This document shows, piece after piece, positions 20,013 to 29,689 of a stretch of 64,000 nucleotides of DNA. The notes under the pieces are model-generated. The model searched no databases. It saw nothing but the letters and a program-made list of their open reading frames with translations, and was not told where the DNA came from. Source of the DNA: an uncultured virus (IMG/VR IMGVR_UViG_2061766007_000271) (taxonomy: Duplodnaviria; Heunggongvirae; Uroviricota; Caudoviricetes); IMG/VR virus record IMGVR_UViG_2061766007_000271. One strand, 5' to 3'. The translations under genes were made by a program, and so were the position numbers. Positions within the stretch are counted from its first letter, which is position 1. Each line of letters opens with the position of its first letter.

Positions 20013-22293
20013 TGTTCAACTTCTTTTTCTTTTTCAAAGCTATAAGCTCGTCCAATGTCATCTTGTGTCCTATGCTGTCCGAATCCCTTTTCTCCACCTT
20101 CGGAGGCTCGTAAGACCTGTCATCGAACGGAGTCAACGGCTCTGCCTCCTTCGGTGGCTCGGACTTCAATGACTCGCCAATCTTATCACTGTCCACAGGT
20201 CGTTGTTTATCTTCTCCAACTTGCCCGTCAATGATACGTCCGTCCCCTCCGTTGTCGGCAGATTTTTCAGGTTCTCCTCCGAAGTCTGGCTCTGGCACAG
20301 CTTTTGGTTCGGGTCGTCGGGATTCCTCTTGTTTTTCTTTCTCAATATCAGGCTCATTCTCGTAATACTCCTCTTCTGATTCATCAGCGTCGGCTTCCTG
20401 GGAGTCAGGCTCTTCGCCTTCCGTGGACTCCTCTTCCTGTTCTGGCTGGTCGTCCTCTTCTGATTCAATCCCCTGTTGTTCCTCCGACACATCGTCAGGC
20501 AGGAAATTCTGCTCCACGTCGGCTGGNNNNNNNNNNGTCCCCTGTTCCTCCGACACATCGTCAGGCAGGAAATTCTGCTCCACGTCGGCTGGCTTGTCCT
20601 CTTTCACCTCTTCCTCGAACGAACTGCTGGAAGGAGCACCGTCAAGGAACGGGTCGGGTTCATTGTTTGCTTGCTCATTGGAAGACATATCGGCATTGGA
20701 TTCAGCATTAGCTTTTTCCTGTTCTGCTTTTTTACGTTCATCTTCGGCAATTTCAGCTCTTAATTTTATCATTTCCCGTTCAAGGTCTTTCAACTTCGCT
20801 TTATTCAAAGCTTCCATTGAAATCTCGGATACCATCTGACCAGGAGCAAGTGTCTCATCGCACATCTGCAATGCCTGATTAGCGACTTCTTGAAGAACAG
20901 CCTCGTCTTTTGAATCGCCGTCTTCCTCGAAGAATCTGCCTGTCGGCGCGTGCATCTTCTGTCTGAACACGAATACCGCGCCATCGCGGTTCTTCGGAAC
21001 ACACAAAACCAAATGATGCATCTGGCGTTGTTCCTCTGGAAGCTCCTGCGCCTGAGCCGTGGCGGTCTGATTGACAATGCCGATAAGCGTATTGGCTGAA
21101 TGCACTTTTCGTTTCGTGCCAAACACGTCGGATTGGTTCAAGAACGGGCGTTCCTTCTTCTCCTGCTTTTCAGATTGAATACCTGCCTGCGTCGCCGTAA
21201 TCAGCGGGACATTGCAGTTGATGGCGACCTGCTTCAAATCGGATGTCACCTTACCGCCTTCGTCATTTTCGGAATACGCCTTTTCGCATGGCTTCATCAG
21301 GTCAAGATAGTCCACGATGATGACATCAATCTTGATGCCCTGCATCTCCAACTGGCGGTATGCGCGTTCAATCCACGTCGCATCCGTCTGTTGCGGGAAC
21401 TCGTAAATGAATATGTTTCCCTTTGCATTCCTCTCATTGTCGGAATACTTCTTCAGTTCAAGGAACTGCTCGTCAGTGTACGTACCTTTCTTGAAGACAG
21501 AATACAACGCACCCGAATCAGCCGACATGTACTTCGACCTCATCTGGAATTCATTTTCCTCGTTACCGCAATGCAAGACATTTCGACCAGACTTGCGGAT
21601 GTTGCAAGCCATTGCTTTCATCAATGTTGATTTACCCTTGCCAGACAAACCGAACACGACCGTCAATTCCGCTGGGAACAACCCGCCCGTCTTCTCATCG
21701 AATTTCTGGAAACCAGTCGGTATGCCAGCATAGATTTCTGGATGGTCATGGCGTTTCTTGACTTCCTCGAACCAGTCGTCGCTGTCCTTGTGGAGATTAT
21801 AAATCCTGTTCTCCTTTTGCAACGTCCCAAGGTCGATGGACTTGCGTTTCAGCATGTCGGCAGCTTCCGTGTAATTTCCGTTTTCAAGCTCCTTGTATGC
21901 GTCGCGGATGAGTGCCTCGGTTGAATTGGCGAGCTGGACTTCCTCAAGATTCTGGATAATCACTTCCGTCGATTCGGTGACGGTTGTTTTCTCGATAAGG
22001 GTGAATTCCGAAGTCAGGTCATCGACTCTCGTCTTGTCCTTTTCCAAATCATACCGTTTCTTGATTTCAAATTCGAACTGGTCGGAAGAAAGCGTCGTGC
22101 GCTTTTCATTGAACGTGCGCATGATGCAGTCATAGATGAACAGACGGCTCTGGGTTGTGAAAAATTCAGAGCGGTGCTTTCCTATCAGACGTTGCAGATT
22201 GAGCCTGTCGGAAAGAAGCGCATGGAGCAACTGGCGTTCCAAATTTAAAGTCGGAACGCGATTCGTTACATTTGCAGTAAATTTAAGTGGCAT
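20005..22293 (-). CDS. dnaB: replicative helicase DnaB with long acidic C-terminal tail
   Basis: GIPTGF..FD...GG, GLSGKGKS, IIVDYLDLM, TATQ, KNRDG. Confidence 0.92.
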   Translation of the reverse strand: MPLKFTANVTNRVPTLNLERQLLHALLSDRLNLQRLIGKHRSEFFTTQSRLFIYDCIMRTFNEKRTTLSSDQFEFEIKKRYDLEKDKTRVDDLTSEFTLIEKTTVTESTEVIIQNLEEVQLANSTEALIRDAYKELENGNYTEAADMLKRKSIDLGTLQKENRIYNLHKDSDDWFEEVKKRHDHPEIYAGIPTGFQKFDEKTGGLFPAELTVVFGLSGKGKSTLMKAMACNIRKSGRNVLHCGNEENEFQMRSKYMSADSGALYSVFKKGTYTDEQFLELKKYSDNERNAKGNIFIYEFPQQTDATWIERAYRQLEMQGIKIDVIIVDYLDLMKPCEKAYSENDEGGKVTSDLKQVAINCNVPLITATQAGIQSEKQEKKERPFLNQSDVFGTKRKVHSANTLIGIVNQTATAQAQELPEEQRQMHHLVLCVPKNRDGAVFVFRQKMHAPTGRFFEEDGDSKDEAVLQEVANQALQMCDETLAPGQMVSEISMEALNKAKLKDLEREMIKLRAEIAEDERKKAEQEKANAESNADMSSNEQANNEPDPFLDGAPSSSSFEEEVKEDKPADVEQNFLPDDVSEEQGXXXXPADVEQNFLPDDVSEEQQGIESEEDDQPEQEEESTEGEEPDSQEADADESEEEYYENEPDIEKEKQEESRRPEPKAVPEPDFGGEPEKSADNGGDGRIIDGQVGEDKQRPVDSDKIGESLKSEPPKEAEPLTPFDDRSYEPPKVEKRDSDSIGHKMTLDELIALKKKKKLNNG

Positions 22294-22328
22294 GTCATTT
22301 CCTCATATATTTTAATTTGTATATGAAT

Positions 22329-22338
22329 AATATGACAT
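22329..22338 (-). promoter_or_regulatory. class II promoter motif ATGYCATATT
   Basis: Same motif at 5160, 9075, 33442, 40135; no -35 at the class I spacing. Confidence 0.5.
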
Positions 22339-22339
22339 G

Positions 22340-22376
22340 AAAAAAGAAAAGCCACGGCATGAAAACCGTGGCTTTC
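22340..22376 (-). terminator. intrinsic terminator
   Basis: AAAGCCACGG/CCGTGGCTTT stem plus T-tract. Confidence 0.65.
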
Positions 22377-22383
22377 GTTACAA

Positions 22384-22920
22384 TCACCAACGAACCAAAT
22401 AATCAACCATCACCATCTTCAACTGCATGAATCGGTCAAGGTAGTCGCTTTCCTCCTTCGTCCATCTCAATATCCTCAACGCCACATCCTCGTCGCATAG
22501 CTTCATGCTTCTTGTCATCTCAAGCTCAGTGTGCATTCTGACGAAATAAGCCATACAAAGACGTTCGACAAGTACGGTGCGCTTATGCATCCATGCCCTC
22601 CCCATCAGCCGTTCGACAGCTTTCAACGGGGCGATTATCTCATCATAATGATACCACAGGTTTGTATTCTTCCCAGTCAGGTCGAATTCCTCTTGCATGA
22701 ACGTCGCAAAAAGGTTGTCCTGCACACCTTCGCATTCCATGAATGCCTTTACATCGCTTGCTTCATCGACCATCTTCCTTTTCTCAATGACGGCTCGCAT
22801 GATTTCGGCATCAAGACCCTTGATGACACAAGGAATGATTCTCACCATGCTTCTTGTATCATATCGATTGAAGTAATCCATCATATTCGTTTCAGGAAAA
22901 ATGATATTATTCATCGTCAT
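22384..22920 (-). CDS. hypothetical protein
   Basis: ORF with ATGA overlap to upstream gene. Confidence 0.6.
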   Translation of the reverse strand: MTMNNIIFPETNMMDYFNRYDTRSMVRIIPCVIKGLDAEIMRAVIEKRKMVDEASDVKAFMECEGVQDNLFATFMQEEFDLTGKNTNLWYHYDEIIAPLKAVERLMGRAWMHKRTVLVERLCMAYFVRMHTELEMTRSMKLCDEDVALRILRWTKEESDYLDRFMQLKMVMVDYLVRW

Positions 22921-23333
22921 CGCCAATCACCAAATTCTCCAAAGTCAACCGCATCAATCAGCATATTGCAAAGGAACAGAAGATTACTCATCCAATTCCA
23001 TTCTTCTCCATTACAATGCCCATACAATATGCCACCTAGCTTTTTTTCAATAATCGCAAGGCATCTAGCCTTTCTCTTAATCCATTTGGCTCCGAATAAT
23101 TCCACCACCTTGCATAATTCACTTCTAATACAATCCCATCCAAGTATTTCCTGACTTCCAACCGCCCATGAGAACACGTCACTTTTTATCTCGTCAAATT
23201 TGACGTATCCAATTAAATCCCCTCTTTTTTCCGCTTCGGAACGGAGTTGCATGATTCTTGCGGACACTTCATCATCGAATTTCCTGATGCAGTGCCTCGC
23301 CATCATGTAATTTGCTTTTTCCTTTCTGGTCAT
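22917..23333 (-). CDS. hypothetical protein
   Basis: Start reassigned to MTRKEK, downstream of terminator. Confidence 0.55.
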   Translation of the reverse strand: MTRKEKANYMMARHCIRKFDDEVSARIMQLRSEAEKRGDLIGYVKFDEIKSDVFSWAVGSQEILGWDCIRSELCKVVELFGAKWIKRKARCLAIIEKKLGGILYGHCNGEEWNWMSNLLFLCNMLIDAVDFGEFGDWR

Positions 23334-23371
23334 TATAATTACCTTTATCTTATAATATGACGATGAAACAT

Positions 23372-23415
23372 AAAAAAAAGAGCCACGGGGCGACCAACCA
23401 AACGCCCCGTGGCTC
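23372..23415 (-). terminator. intrinsic terminator
   Basis: GAGCCACGGGGCG/CGCCCCGTGGCTC stem plus 8 T. Confidence 0.75.
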
Positions 23416-23466
23416 GNNNNNNNNNNTTTATTCCTTTTTGAGGAATCTTTCATCGTTCACAATATT

Positions 23467-23494
23467 AATATACATCAAAAATCAAGAAATGCAA
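23467..23494 (-). promoter_or_regulatory. class I promoter
   Basis: TTGCAT-16 bp-TATATT. Confidence 0.7.
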
Positions 23495-23524
23495 ATCGAA
23501 AAATCATTTTTTTATGATTTTTTC

Positions 23525-23902
23525 TCATGACAGGAATTTCACGTCCTTGTTTTTCCACTCCTCAATGCTCTGCATGAGATGCGCGTCGAGCTTGCGAATG
23601 TCCTTTCCGTCGAGAATCACGAGGTCGTCGTCCACGACGAGCATCCCGCCCATGTATGACTGACCGAAATATGGATGGGGCTTTCCGACTGGGTAGTTGT
23701 ATTCCACTTCGACATGCCATCTGGACTTCGTGGTTCTGTTGCCTTCCTCGTCCCTAGCCCAGAGCCATACGCAGAAAGAAAGAAACGCATCTTTGAACGG
23801 AACCATCTTCTCGAACGTCCTCCTCTTGTCATCGGCGAACATCCGCTTGTCCTCAGAATAGCCGTTCTGTTTCATCCATGTTACTTGATGTCTTGTATTC
23901 AT
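23525..23902 (-). CDS. hypothetical protein
   Basis: Start at MNTRHQ with GGAGGAG RBS. Confidence 0.6.
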   Translation of the reverse strand: MNTRHQVTWMKQNGYSEDKRMFADDKRRTFEKMVPFKDAFLSFCVWLWARDEEGNRTTKSRWHVEVEYNYPVGKPHPYFGQSYMGGMLVVDDDLVILDGKDIRKLDAHLMQSIEEWKNKDVKFLS

Positions 23903-24260
23903 ACTCCTCCACGGAATAACCTGCTTTTTTGAACCACTCCGCCACCAGATGCCTATGGCAGAAATCACCTGGCTTCTCATAACATACCATTGCGAACGTC
24001 TTCCCACCAGCCTTCTCCTTCAGCTTCTCCCACGTCTCGTGCGGGTCAAACCTGTCAAGGACTTCCTTCTGGAAGTTCTCGATGTAGAAGTTGTTGTCGT
24101 GCGTTTCCTTCCATTTCGAGAAGAACCACCACCGTGGCGCGAGCTTCCTGTATTCAAGTCCTTTCCACTCGTCTGGAGACTTGCCACAAATGGCTATCGG
24201 CACTATGTCCGCTGGCAAGTCTTTCACTTTTGCAAAATATGTTGTAAAGCAACTTTCCAT
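23853..24260 (-). CDS. DUF488-family protein
   Basis: TYFAK...LAP...CYEKPGDFCHRHLVAEW. Confidence 0.75.
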   Translation of the reverse strand: MESCFTTYFAKVKDLPADIVPIAICGKSPDEWKGLEYRKLAPRWWFFSKWKETHDNNFYIENFQKEVLDRFDPHETWEKLKEKAGGKTFAMVCYEKPGDFCHRHLVAEWFKKAGYSVEEYEYKTSSNMDETERLF

Positions 24261-24285
24261 TCTTCTTCGTTCCTCCTCACAATCG

Positions 24286-24708
24286 TCATCCTTTGCCACC
24301 ATCGTCGCTCCACAACAAAGAGTCCAATTCTCCTTCGTCCTCTTTCAATGAAAGATTTGGCTTTGGAAAGTCAACGAAAGTCCATCCTTGTTTGAATCTG
24401 TTGAACTCCATAACATAATCCACATCGGTAAACATGTAATTCCCATTGTCGAAATAAATGGTGATGCCCTTGAGCGTCATGTGTTCTTCTTTACGCAAAG
24501 CCTTGCAAGTGCTAATGCCTTCAGCCATCTTTTTGAATTTGTCCACAGATAGTCTGTATGTCTTTTTCTCTTCACCTTTATCGTTATCCTCATTGACGAC
24601 GCGAACCTCAATGGAAACCACATTTTCCCACCACAGGAAGTTTGATTCCATTATAGATGAAATGTCGTCGATTATAGATTCTGTAAAACCATGATAGAAT
24701 GTTTCCAT
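24286..24708 (-). CDS. hypothetical protein
   Basis: ORF from METFYHG. Confidence 0.55.
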   Translation of the reverse strand: METFYHGFTESIIDDISSIMESNFLWWENVVSIEVRVVNEDNDKGEEKKTYRLSVDKFKKMAEGISTCKALRKEEHMTLKGITIYFDNGNYMFTDVDYVMEFNRFKQGWTFVDFPKPNLSLKEDEGELDSLLWSDDGGKG

Positions 24709-24818
24709 TTTATTGTTCCCTTGTTCGATAATTACGTCCTGAATCGCCATTATCGTCAAAGGAATAGCCCTCGTCGCCATCGAAGGGCTATTCCTTGGTC
24801 ATCGTCATCTTTTTGTTG

Positions 24819-25985
24819 TCAGATTTCGTAATGCGGGCACTGGTTGCAACCGTTGCAGTTAATGCAACGGATTGCGCTCTCGCGCCATTCTAGAACACGC
24901 GGATGATTCCACACCTGAGCAGTATAATTCTTGTACTTGTCATCCGTCATGTCGATTCCTTCTTCCCAACCTTCCTCGCCCTCCATGAACGAGCAAGGAA
25001 ACATTTTTCCTTCTACATTAATGTACGTTGAAAAGCACTCAGCCTCACAAGGCTCTATGGAACTCAATGCCATCTGGTACAGCTTGTCGCCGTCCTTAGT
25101 GCCATTGTAATATTCCTTCAAGGCAACCATCAAGCGATTTGCGCCACAGGAATCGCTTCCATAAGGAATGTGATGGTCTTGCAGGAAGCAAATAACTTCG
25201 TTGAACACCTTGTCGTCCATCTTGCGGAATGCCTTGCCACGTCCCTTCTGCTTCATGGAAAGCAGGACAATCGCGCCCATGTCCTTGAGGCGTTCGTCTT
25301 CAAGGCGGTCTTTCAGGACTTCAAACACGAACTTCTCAGTCTCATGCGACACGAGCAAGTGCATGTTCACCTTGAAACAAGGCTTGTTCTGCGACTTGGC
25401 TTCATCGGTCAGCAACTGAATGGAATCATAACAGCAGTTCTTGTTTCGTTCATAACACGAAACGGCGCAAGCACCGCACCGACGCACGATGTTCTCGGCT
25501 ACCTGTTGGTCGATGTCAGCGACGGTGACATTAGGAACGACTCCGTTTTCAATCGCATAGTCCATAATGCGCCAAATATCGGGATTCGTCTTGCACTCCG
25601 CATCCACGCCGAACGCAATCTGCGTCATGGTCTTAGGCTGGTTCATCTTGTCGAAAATGACCTTGAAAGTATCGAAAGACATGTATAAACCGTTGGGAGT
25701 GTTAGACTTATAACAAAATATGCAAGGTGCCCTGTTTCCGTCCTTGTCGCGGATTCCACTACATGCAGTAGTTACTTCAATATCCGCGATTTCATTCCCC
25801 CACGGACAGTGTGTCGGGTCGTCTTCCTGCTTCTCTCCCCATTTAAGCGTCAGTCCGTCAGCCTTGCGGAAGGCAAGATGAAATTTCTTGTCCTTGCCGA
25901 CCACAAAGCGGTCTCCATTTGCCATCACCCTGACTTGATGCTGGTCAAAATCGTAAATAACACCTTTTGGTTTTTCATCCGACAT
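24819..25985 (-). CDS. radical SAM protein with SPASM-like domain
   Basis: C-x12-CIFC cluster motif; PCE...YIN.EG..FPCSF and C-terminal CxxC..CP. Confidence 0.8.
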   Translation of the reverse strand: MSDEKPKGVIYDFDQHQVRVMANGDRFVVGKDKKFHLAFRKADGLTLKWGEKQEDDPTHCPWGNEIADIEVTTACSGIRDKDGNRAPCIFCYKSNTPNGLYMSFDTFKVIFDKMNQPKTMTQIAFGVDAECKTNPDIWRIMDYAIENGVVPNVTVADIDQQVAENIVRRCGACAVSCYERNKNCCYDSIQLLTDEAKSQNKPCFKVNMHLLVSHETEKFVFEVLKDRLEDERLKDMGAIVLLSMKQKGRGKAFRKMDDKVFNEVICFLQDHHIPYGSDSCGANRLMVALKEYYNGTKDGDKLYQMALSSIEPCEAECFSTYINVEGKMFPCSFMEGEEGWEEGIDMTDDKYKNYTAQVWNHPRVLEWRESAIRCINCNGCNQCPHYEI

Positions 25986-26027
25986 GATTATGCTCCTTTG
26001 ATAATGTGAAAATTTGTTTACCTTATT

Positions 26028-26055
26028 AATATACACCGAATTTCAAAGAATGCAA
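26028..26055 (-). promoter_or_regulatory. class I promoter
   Basis: TTGCAT-16 bp-TATATT. Confidence 0.7.
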
Positions 26056-26073
26056 ATAAACGAAAAATATTTT

Positions 26074-26150
26074 TGGTAGCGCGTCTCGGATTCGAACCGA
26101 GAATCAGCAAATTTTAAGTTTGCTCGCTATGCCAATTTGCGTAACGCGCC
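26074..26150 (-). tRNA. tRNA-Leu (anticodon UAA), short variable loop, encoded CCA
   Basis: GGCGCGT/ACGCGCT acceptor, GCAAA-CTTAAAA-TTTGC anticodon arm, CTCGG-TTCGAAT-CCGAG T arm, ACCA end; 77 nt. Confidence 0.9.
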
Positions 26151-26156
26151 ACGGTT

Positions 26157-26603
26157 TCACTTTTTCTTTTCTTCTTTAAGAGCCTTCGCAAGCTCTTTGT
26201 ACGCCTTCGCGTCCTTTCTCATCTTCTCGACAAGCTCTGGATTCTCGTAAACGTTCCCGATGACCTGGCATGCACTCCAGTTCGCATACGAGCTGAAGCC
26301 ACCGCCAGCGTCCTCGCAACAGAACATCCCGTTGCCGTACACGACGACCGCAATCCATCCAGCCTCATCGGTTTCAAGTATGTCACCTTCGTAGATTTCC
26401 TTTCCATTGGCATCCTTGCAACCCGTGTACTGCTGGACGATTCCATAATTATCTATATAGTAAACTGCATCTTTGCAACGCATGTCTATCGGAAAGACCG
26501 TGCTGATGAATTTCTTGGATGTATGGCTCCAGATTCTGAATTTGGGTTCATCTTCTGGTCTGCGAAGCCAGAATTCTGATTTGTTTGCTGTTTTCTTTTT
26601 CAT
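26157..26603 (-). CDS. YopX-family protein
   Basis: KFRIW...QYTG.KD.NG.EIYEGDIL...VIGNVYENPEL. Confidence 0.9.
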   Translation of the reverse strand: MKKKTANKSEFWLRRPEDEPKFRIWSHTSKKFISTVFPIDMRCKDAVYYIDNYGIVQQYTGCKDANGKEIYEGDILETDEAGWIAVVVYGNGMFCCEDAGGGFSSYANWSACQVIGNVYENPELVEKMRKDAKAYKELAKALKEEKKK

Positions 26604-26624
26604 ATTTTCAATCCTTTTTTCATT

Positions 26625-26652
26625 AATATGATTCAGAATCACGGATTGTCAA
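26625..26652 (-). promoter_or_regulatory. class I promoter variant
   Basis: TTGACA-16 bp-CATATT. Confidence 0.55.
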
Positions 26653-26664
26653 GTCACAGGCAAT

Positions 26665-26695
26665 AAAAAAGCGTCGGACGGAAACATCCGACGCT
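26665..26695 (-). terminator. intrinsic terminator
   Basis: AGCGTCGGA/TCCGACGCT stem plus T-tract. Confidence 0.7.
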
Positions 26696-26713
26696 CATGA
26701 AAAACATTATTGA

Positions 26714-27505
26714 TTAAACAAGGTTCCTCTGGCTGTTGTATGTCTCCCAGAAATCAACTGGCACTCCGTTTGCATCAAGTAAAAGGACATCGAGAGTGAT
26801 TTTCCCAAATGACGAACTATCTCCCTTTGAAATCACTTCCCCTGCCTTGAATACCTCTTTGATAAAGCACTGGTTGCCATTTAAAGCGACGCTTGTTGCA
26901 ACATAGTTTTTCAGATGCGCATTAAGCCCATTGTTATCATTAAGATTAGCCTCGGCAACGTCGTCATAATGAAATTGTGGAAGATATCCACTCTTGTTTG
27001 ATGCACTGTTTTTCGTAAAATATACCTCGTTGATGTCTTCTGAAGCATTTATCGCATAAGCCTCAAGACAAGTGTATGTACCCGAATCCACTTCATATAA
27101 AAGAGTCCCTATCCACTCACCGCGCATGATTTGATTCGTTATTGCCCAGCAATTATTATATGTCCATGAATAATAACCGTCTGAGAAATGACCGTCGAAT
27201 TGATAAAGATAATAATACGGAGAAACGGCATGCTGGTACATGGATTCATCTGTTCCATCACCCCAAAAACCATTCATTTCTTGAAACCCGCCAGTTCCAC
27301 CTGTAGCCCAAAGACCTCCACCTGCAAACGATTTGCAATAGCTGATGAGGGTATGATTGGCTGGAACGGTGTAATTATATGTTGAATTATCGCCTTGCAT
27401 ACCATAGCTGTCATTCTCACCGATATGAAGAACAGCCAGCTTGTCGAACTGGCTGTACTGCCAATTTGAATTTGCCAGAATTTCCTGTACTTTCGCGGAA
27501 GACAT
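26714..27505 (-). CDS. beta-rich putative virion protein, YTVP family
   Basis: YTVP, GLWATGGTG..NGFWGD, F.AGEVI, LLDANGVPV shared with 28218-29183. Confidence 0.55.
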   Translation of the reverse strand: MSSAKVQEILANSNWQYSQFDKLAVLHIGENDSYGMQGDNSTYNYTVPANHTLISYCKSFAGGGLWATGGTGGFQEMNGFWGDGTDESMYQHAVSPYYYLYQFDGHFSDGYYSWTYNNCWAITNQIMRGEWIGTLLYEVDSGTYTCLEAYAINASEDINEVYFTKNSASNKSGYLPQFHYDDVAEANLNDNNGLNAHLKNYVATSVALNGNQCFIKEVFKAGEVISKGDSSSFGKITLDVLLLDANGVPVDFWETYNSQRNLV

Positions 27506-27518
27506 GTTGTTTTTCTCC

Positions 27519-28004
27519 TTATCCTAACTTTCCTTCCTTTCTGAGTTCCTGTATGATGGCTTCGGCTTCGCCCTCGATGTCGAATGCGTCGCCTTCGATG
27601 AACAGCTCCCCGTACAATGGACGGATGACTTTTTCAGGAAAGACAAGCACCGACCACGCCAGCTTGCCGTACTTTTTCTGTTGCCAGAGATGCCTAAGTT
27701 CATGAATCGCCACGCTAGCAATGCTTTCAATCCAGTCCTTAGTCACATTGATATTGGACGCATTGTTCTGAACAGGCATGATGTAGATGTCGTTTCCGAA
27801 CAATGGACGCGCACCCATGATACCATTGTCGGTATTCATTGAATCGCACCAATGGTATGTGCAGTCGGCGTAATCAACTTCCTTCAGCCAAGCCCCCTCC
27901 TTCGTGTTGGCGTAAGCCTTCAGTATCGTCAGAAGCCATTCTTTCTCAATTACCGTCAATGGACGGCTGTGTTTCTTGATTTTGAAAATCGTAAGCATAA
28001 TCAA
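27519..28004 (-). CDS. small zinc metallopeptidase-like protein
   Basis: AIHELRHLWQ and downstream E..A. Confidence 0.6.
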   Translation of the reverse strand: MIMLTIFKIKKHSRPLTVIEKEWLLTILKAYANTKEGAWLKEVDYADCTYHWCDSMNTDNGIMGARPLFGNDIYIMPVQNNASNINVTKDWIESIASVAIHELRHLWQQKKYGKLAWSVLVFPEKVIRPLYGELFIEGDAFDIEGEAEAIIQELRKEGKLG

Positions 28005-28158
28005 TTATACCTCCCCTTAATTAACTATTGGCTGTAATTGTCGGAACGACTTCATTCCCTGTACTTGCGATATAGTTTCCAAGCATGTTTCCATACTGAA
28101 CTATCATGAAAAATAAACGAGAACACTAAGTATTCATACATTAACGGCTTTTATAAAC

Positions 28159-28192
28159 AAAAAAGAAGTGCCTTGGATTAATCCAAGGCACT
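28159..28192 (-). terminator. intrinsic terminator
   Basis: AGTGCCTTGGATTAATCCAAGGCACT palindrome plus T-tract. Confidence 0.65.
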
Positions 28193-28217
28193 CCCTGACA
28201 ATCTGTACCGCAAATGA

Positions 28218-29183
28218 TTATTCGATATGGTCGTATGTCGTGAATTCCAGCGAATAACCATTAAACAGGCTTCTAACTGTCGCTTCTGGAACTGGAACCC
28301 CGTTGCTGTCGATAAGCATGCCAATCAACGCGCAATGGTCAACACTCGCTCCTGATTGGGACACATAAAAAATTTTATCACCGCCATTGAAAATCATCTT
28401 TTCCTTGTACGGAGTTTTATCTAAAAGGTAATCAGGCCAGATTGCGTAATCGCTGATTCTCTTGGCATTATCACGCGGATTCGACGTGCCGTTCGGAGCA
28501 AGATACAAATACATAACACCAAAGACATCGCCAGGCTGAGGTTCTGGTTCCGTTAGAGGCTCTGTCAGCCAAATAAAGTAAGGAGGCGTGCCAGTGTATC
28601 CAGAGCAGTTGTTGAAGACAACCCTGTTAGGCATTCCAGGACCATCGGTCGTCTGCCGTTCATACGGCACTTCGTATCCATCTTCTGATATGGTCGTATT
28701 ACAGGCGATGACATGTGTGAAACCTCCATTTGCTATTTCAATCTCAATCATTTCATCGCTGTTCAAATCCCCTTCATCATAAGCTCCGATAATCATCCAG
28801 TTGATGCCCCCGTTGTATGTTTTTGACGAAAAGGCGACCAGCCTTGTTACATGCCACTGCTCGCTCGAACTGTCCGCGCACTGCTTTTCCCATATCGGCG
28901 TGAGGGCACCGCCTGGAAGACCTTGCTCGTTACGCGGGAATTCAAGCACCTTGCTAAACTCGCCATTGATGTTGTCTCCCCAGAAGCCGTTGAACTTCTC
29001 ATAGAAGCCAGTGCCCCCGAACGCCCAAAGACCAGCCACAAAAGGTTCACTGCTTGACGACGAAGACGAAGAACCTCCCATTGTTGTAAACCATCTCGAC
29101 GCTTTGTAAAATATGAATCTGTATCCGCTAGGAATGGTAATCGAATCACCCTGCGTTTCTATTTTAAACAACTGAACCGACAT
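28218..29183 (-). CDS. beta-rich putative virion protein, YTVP family
   Basis: ITIPSG, poly-Ser, GLWAFGGTG..NGFWGD, LIDSNGVPV. Confidence 0.55.
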   Translation of the reverse strand: MSVQLFKIETQGDSITIPSGYRFIFYKASRWFTTMGGSSSSSSSSEPFVAGLWAFGGTGFYEKFNGFWGDNINGEFSKVLEFPRNEQGLPGGALTPIWEKQCADSSSEQWHVTRLVAFSSKTYNGGINWMIIGAYDEGDLNSDEMIEIEIANGGFTHVIACNTTISEDGYEVPYERQTTDGPGMPNRVVFNNCSGYTGTPPYFIWLTEPLTEPEPQPGDVFGVMYLYLAPNGTSNPRDNAKRISDYAIWPDYLLDKTPYKEKMIFNGGDKIFYVSQSGASVDHCALIGMLIDSNGVPVPEATVRSLFNGYSLEFTTYDHIE

Positions 29184-29202
29184 ATTCTAAACCTCCTTGA
29201 AA

Positions 29203-29583
29203 TCACGAATTGGACTGATTTACATTCGTCCATGTGCCAGCATCAAGTTCAAGCCCGATGATTTCAATCATTGTCCCAGCGACCGAGCTTTTTCCTTTTA
29301 TGGACTGCCCTGCGGTAAACAGGGTCTTTTCATAATTACTTCCATTGACGACTTCATTCGTTTCAAGAAAGTTGAGGGCTTCATCAGAATTCTCGACAGT
29401 AAGCGTGGAAAGAGTCACATTTGAACTATTGGCAAAGGTTATCGTGGCAGTGGCATCTGTCGCAATGTTCCACGAGCATGCTCTTTTGTTCATAAGCACA
29501 AATTCCTTGCCAGTCGGCACGGTGTACAATGTCGTAAACGTATTCGCCGTTGAAATGACCTGCTTTACATGTTTGAAAGCCAT
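29203..29583 (-). CDS. small beta-rich protein, YTVP family
   Basis: LYTVPTGKEFVL...LFTAGQSIKGKS...GLELDAGT. Confidence 0.6.
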   Translation of the reverse strand: MAFKHVKQVISTANTFTTLYTVPTGKEFVLMNKRACSWNIATDATATITFANSSNVTLSTLTVENSDEALNFLETNEVVNGSNYEKTLFTAGQSIKGKSSVAGTMIEIIGLELDAGTWTNVNQSNS

Positions 29584-29689
29584 GTGAGAATCTCCAAATA
29601 ATCATTGAAAACAAACAAAAATACCATTATATTGACGGAATCTATAAATAAAATGTCTCATGCTCCTTGAATGAAACGTCAAATGTTAA

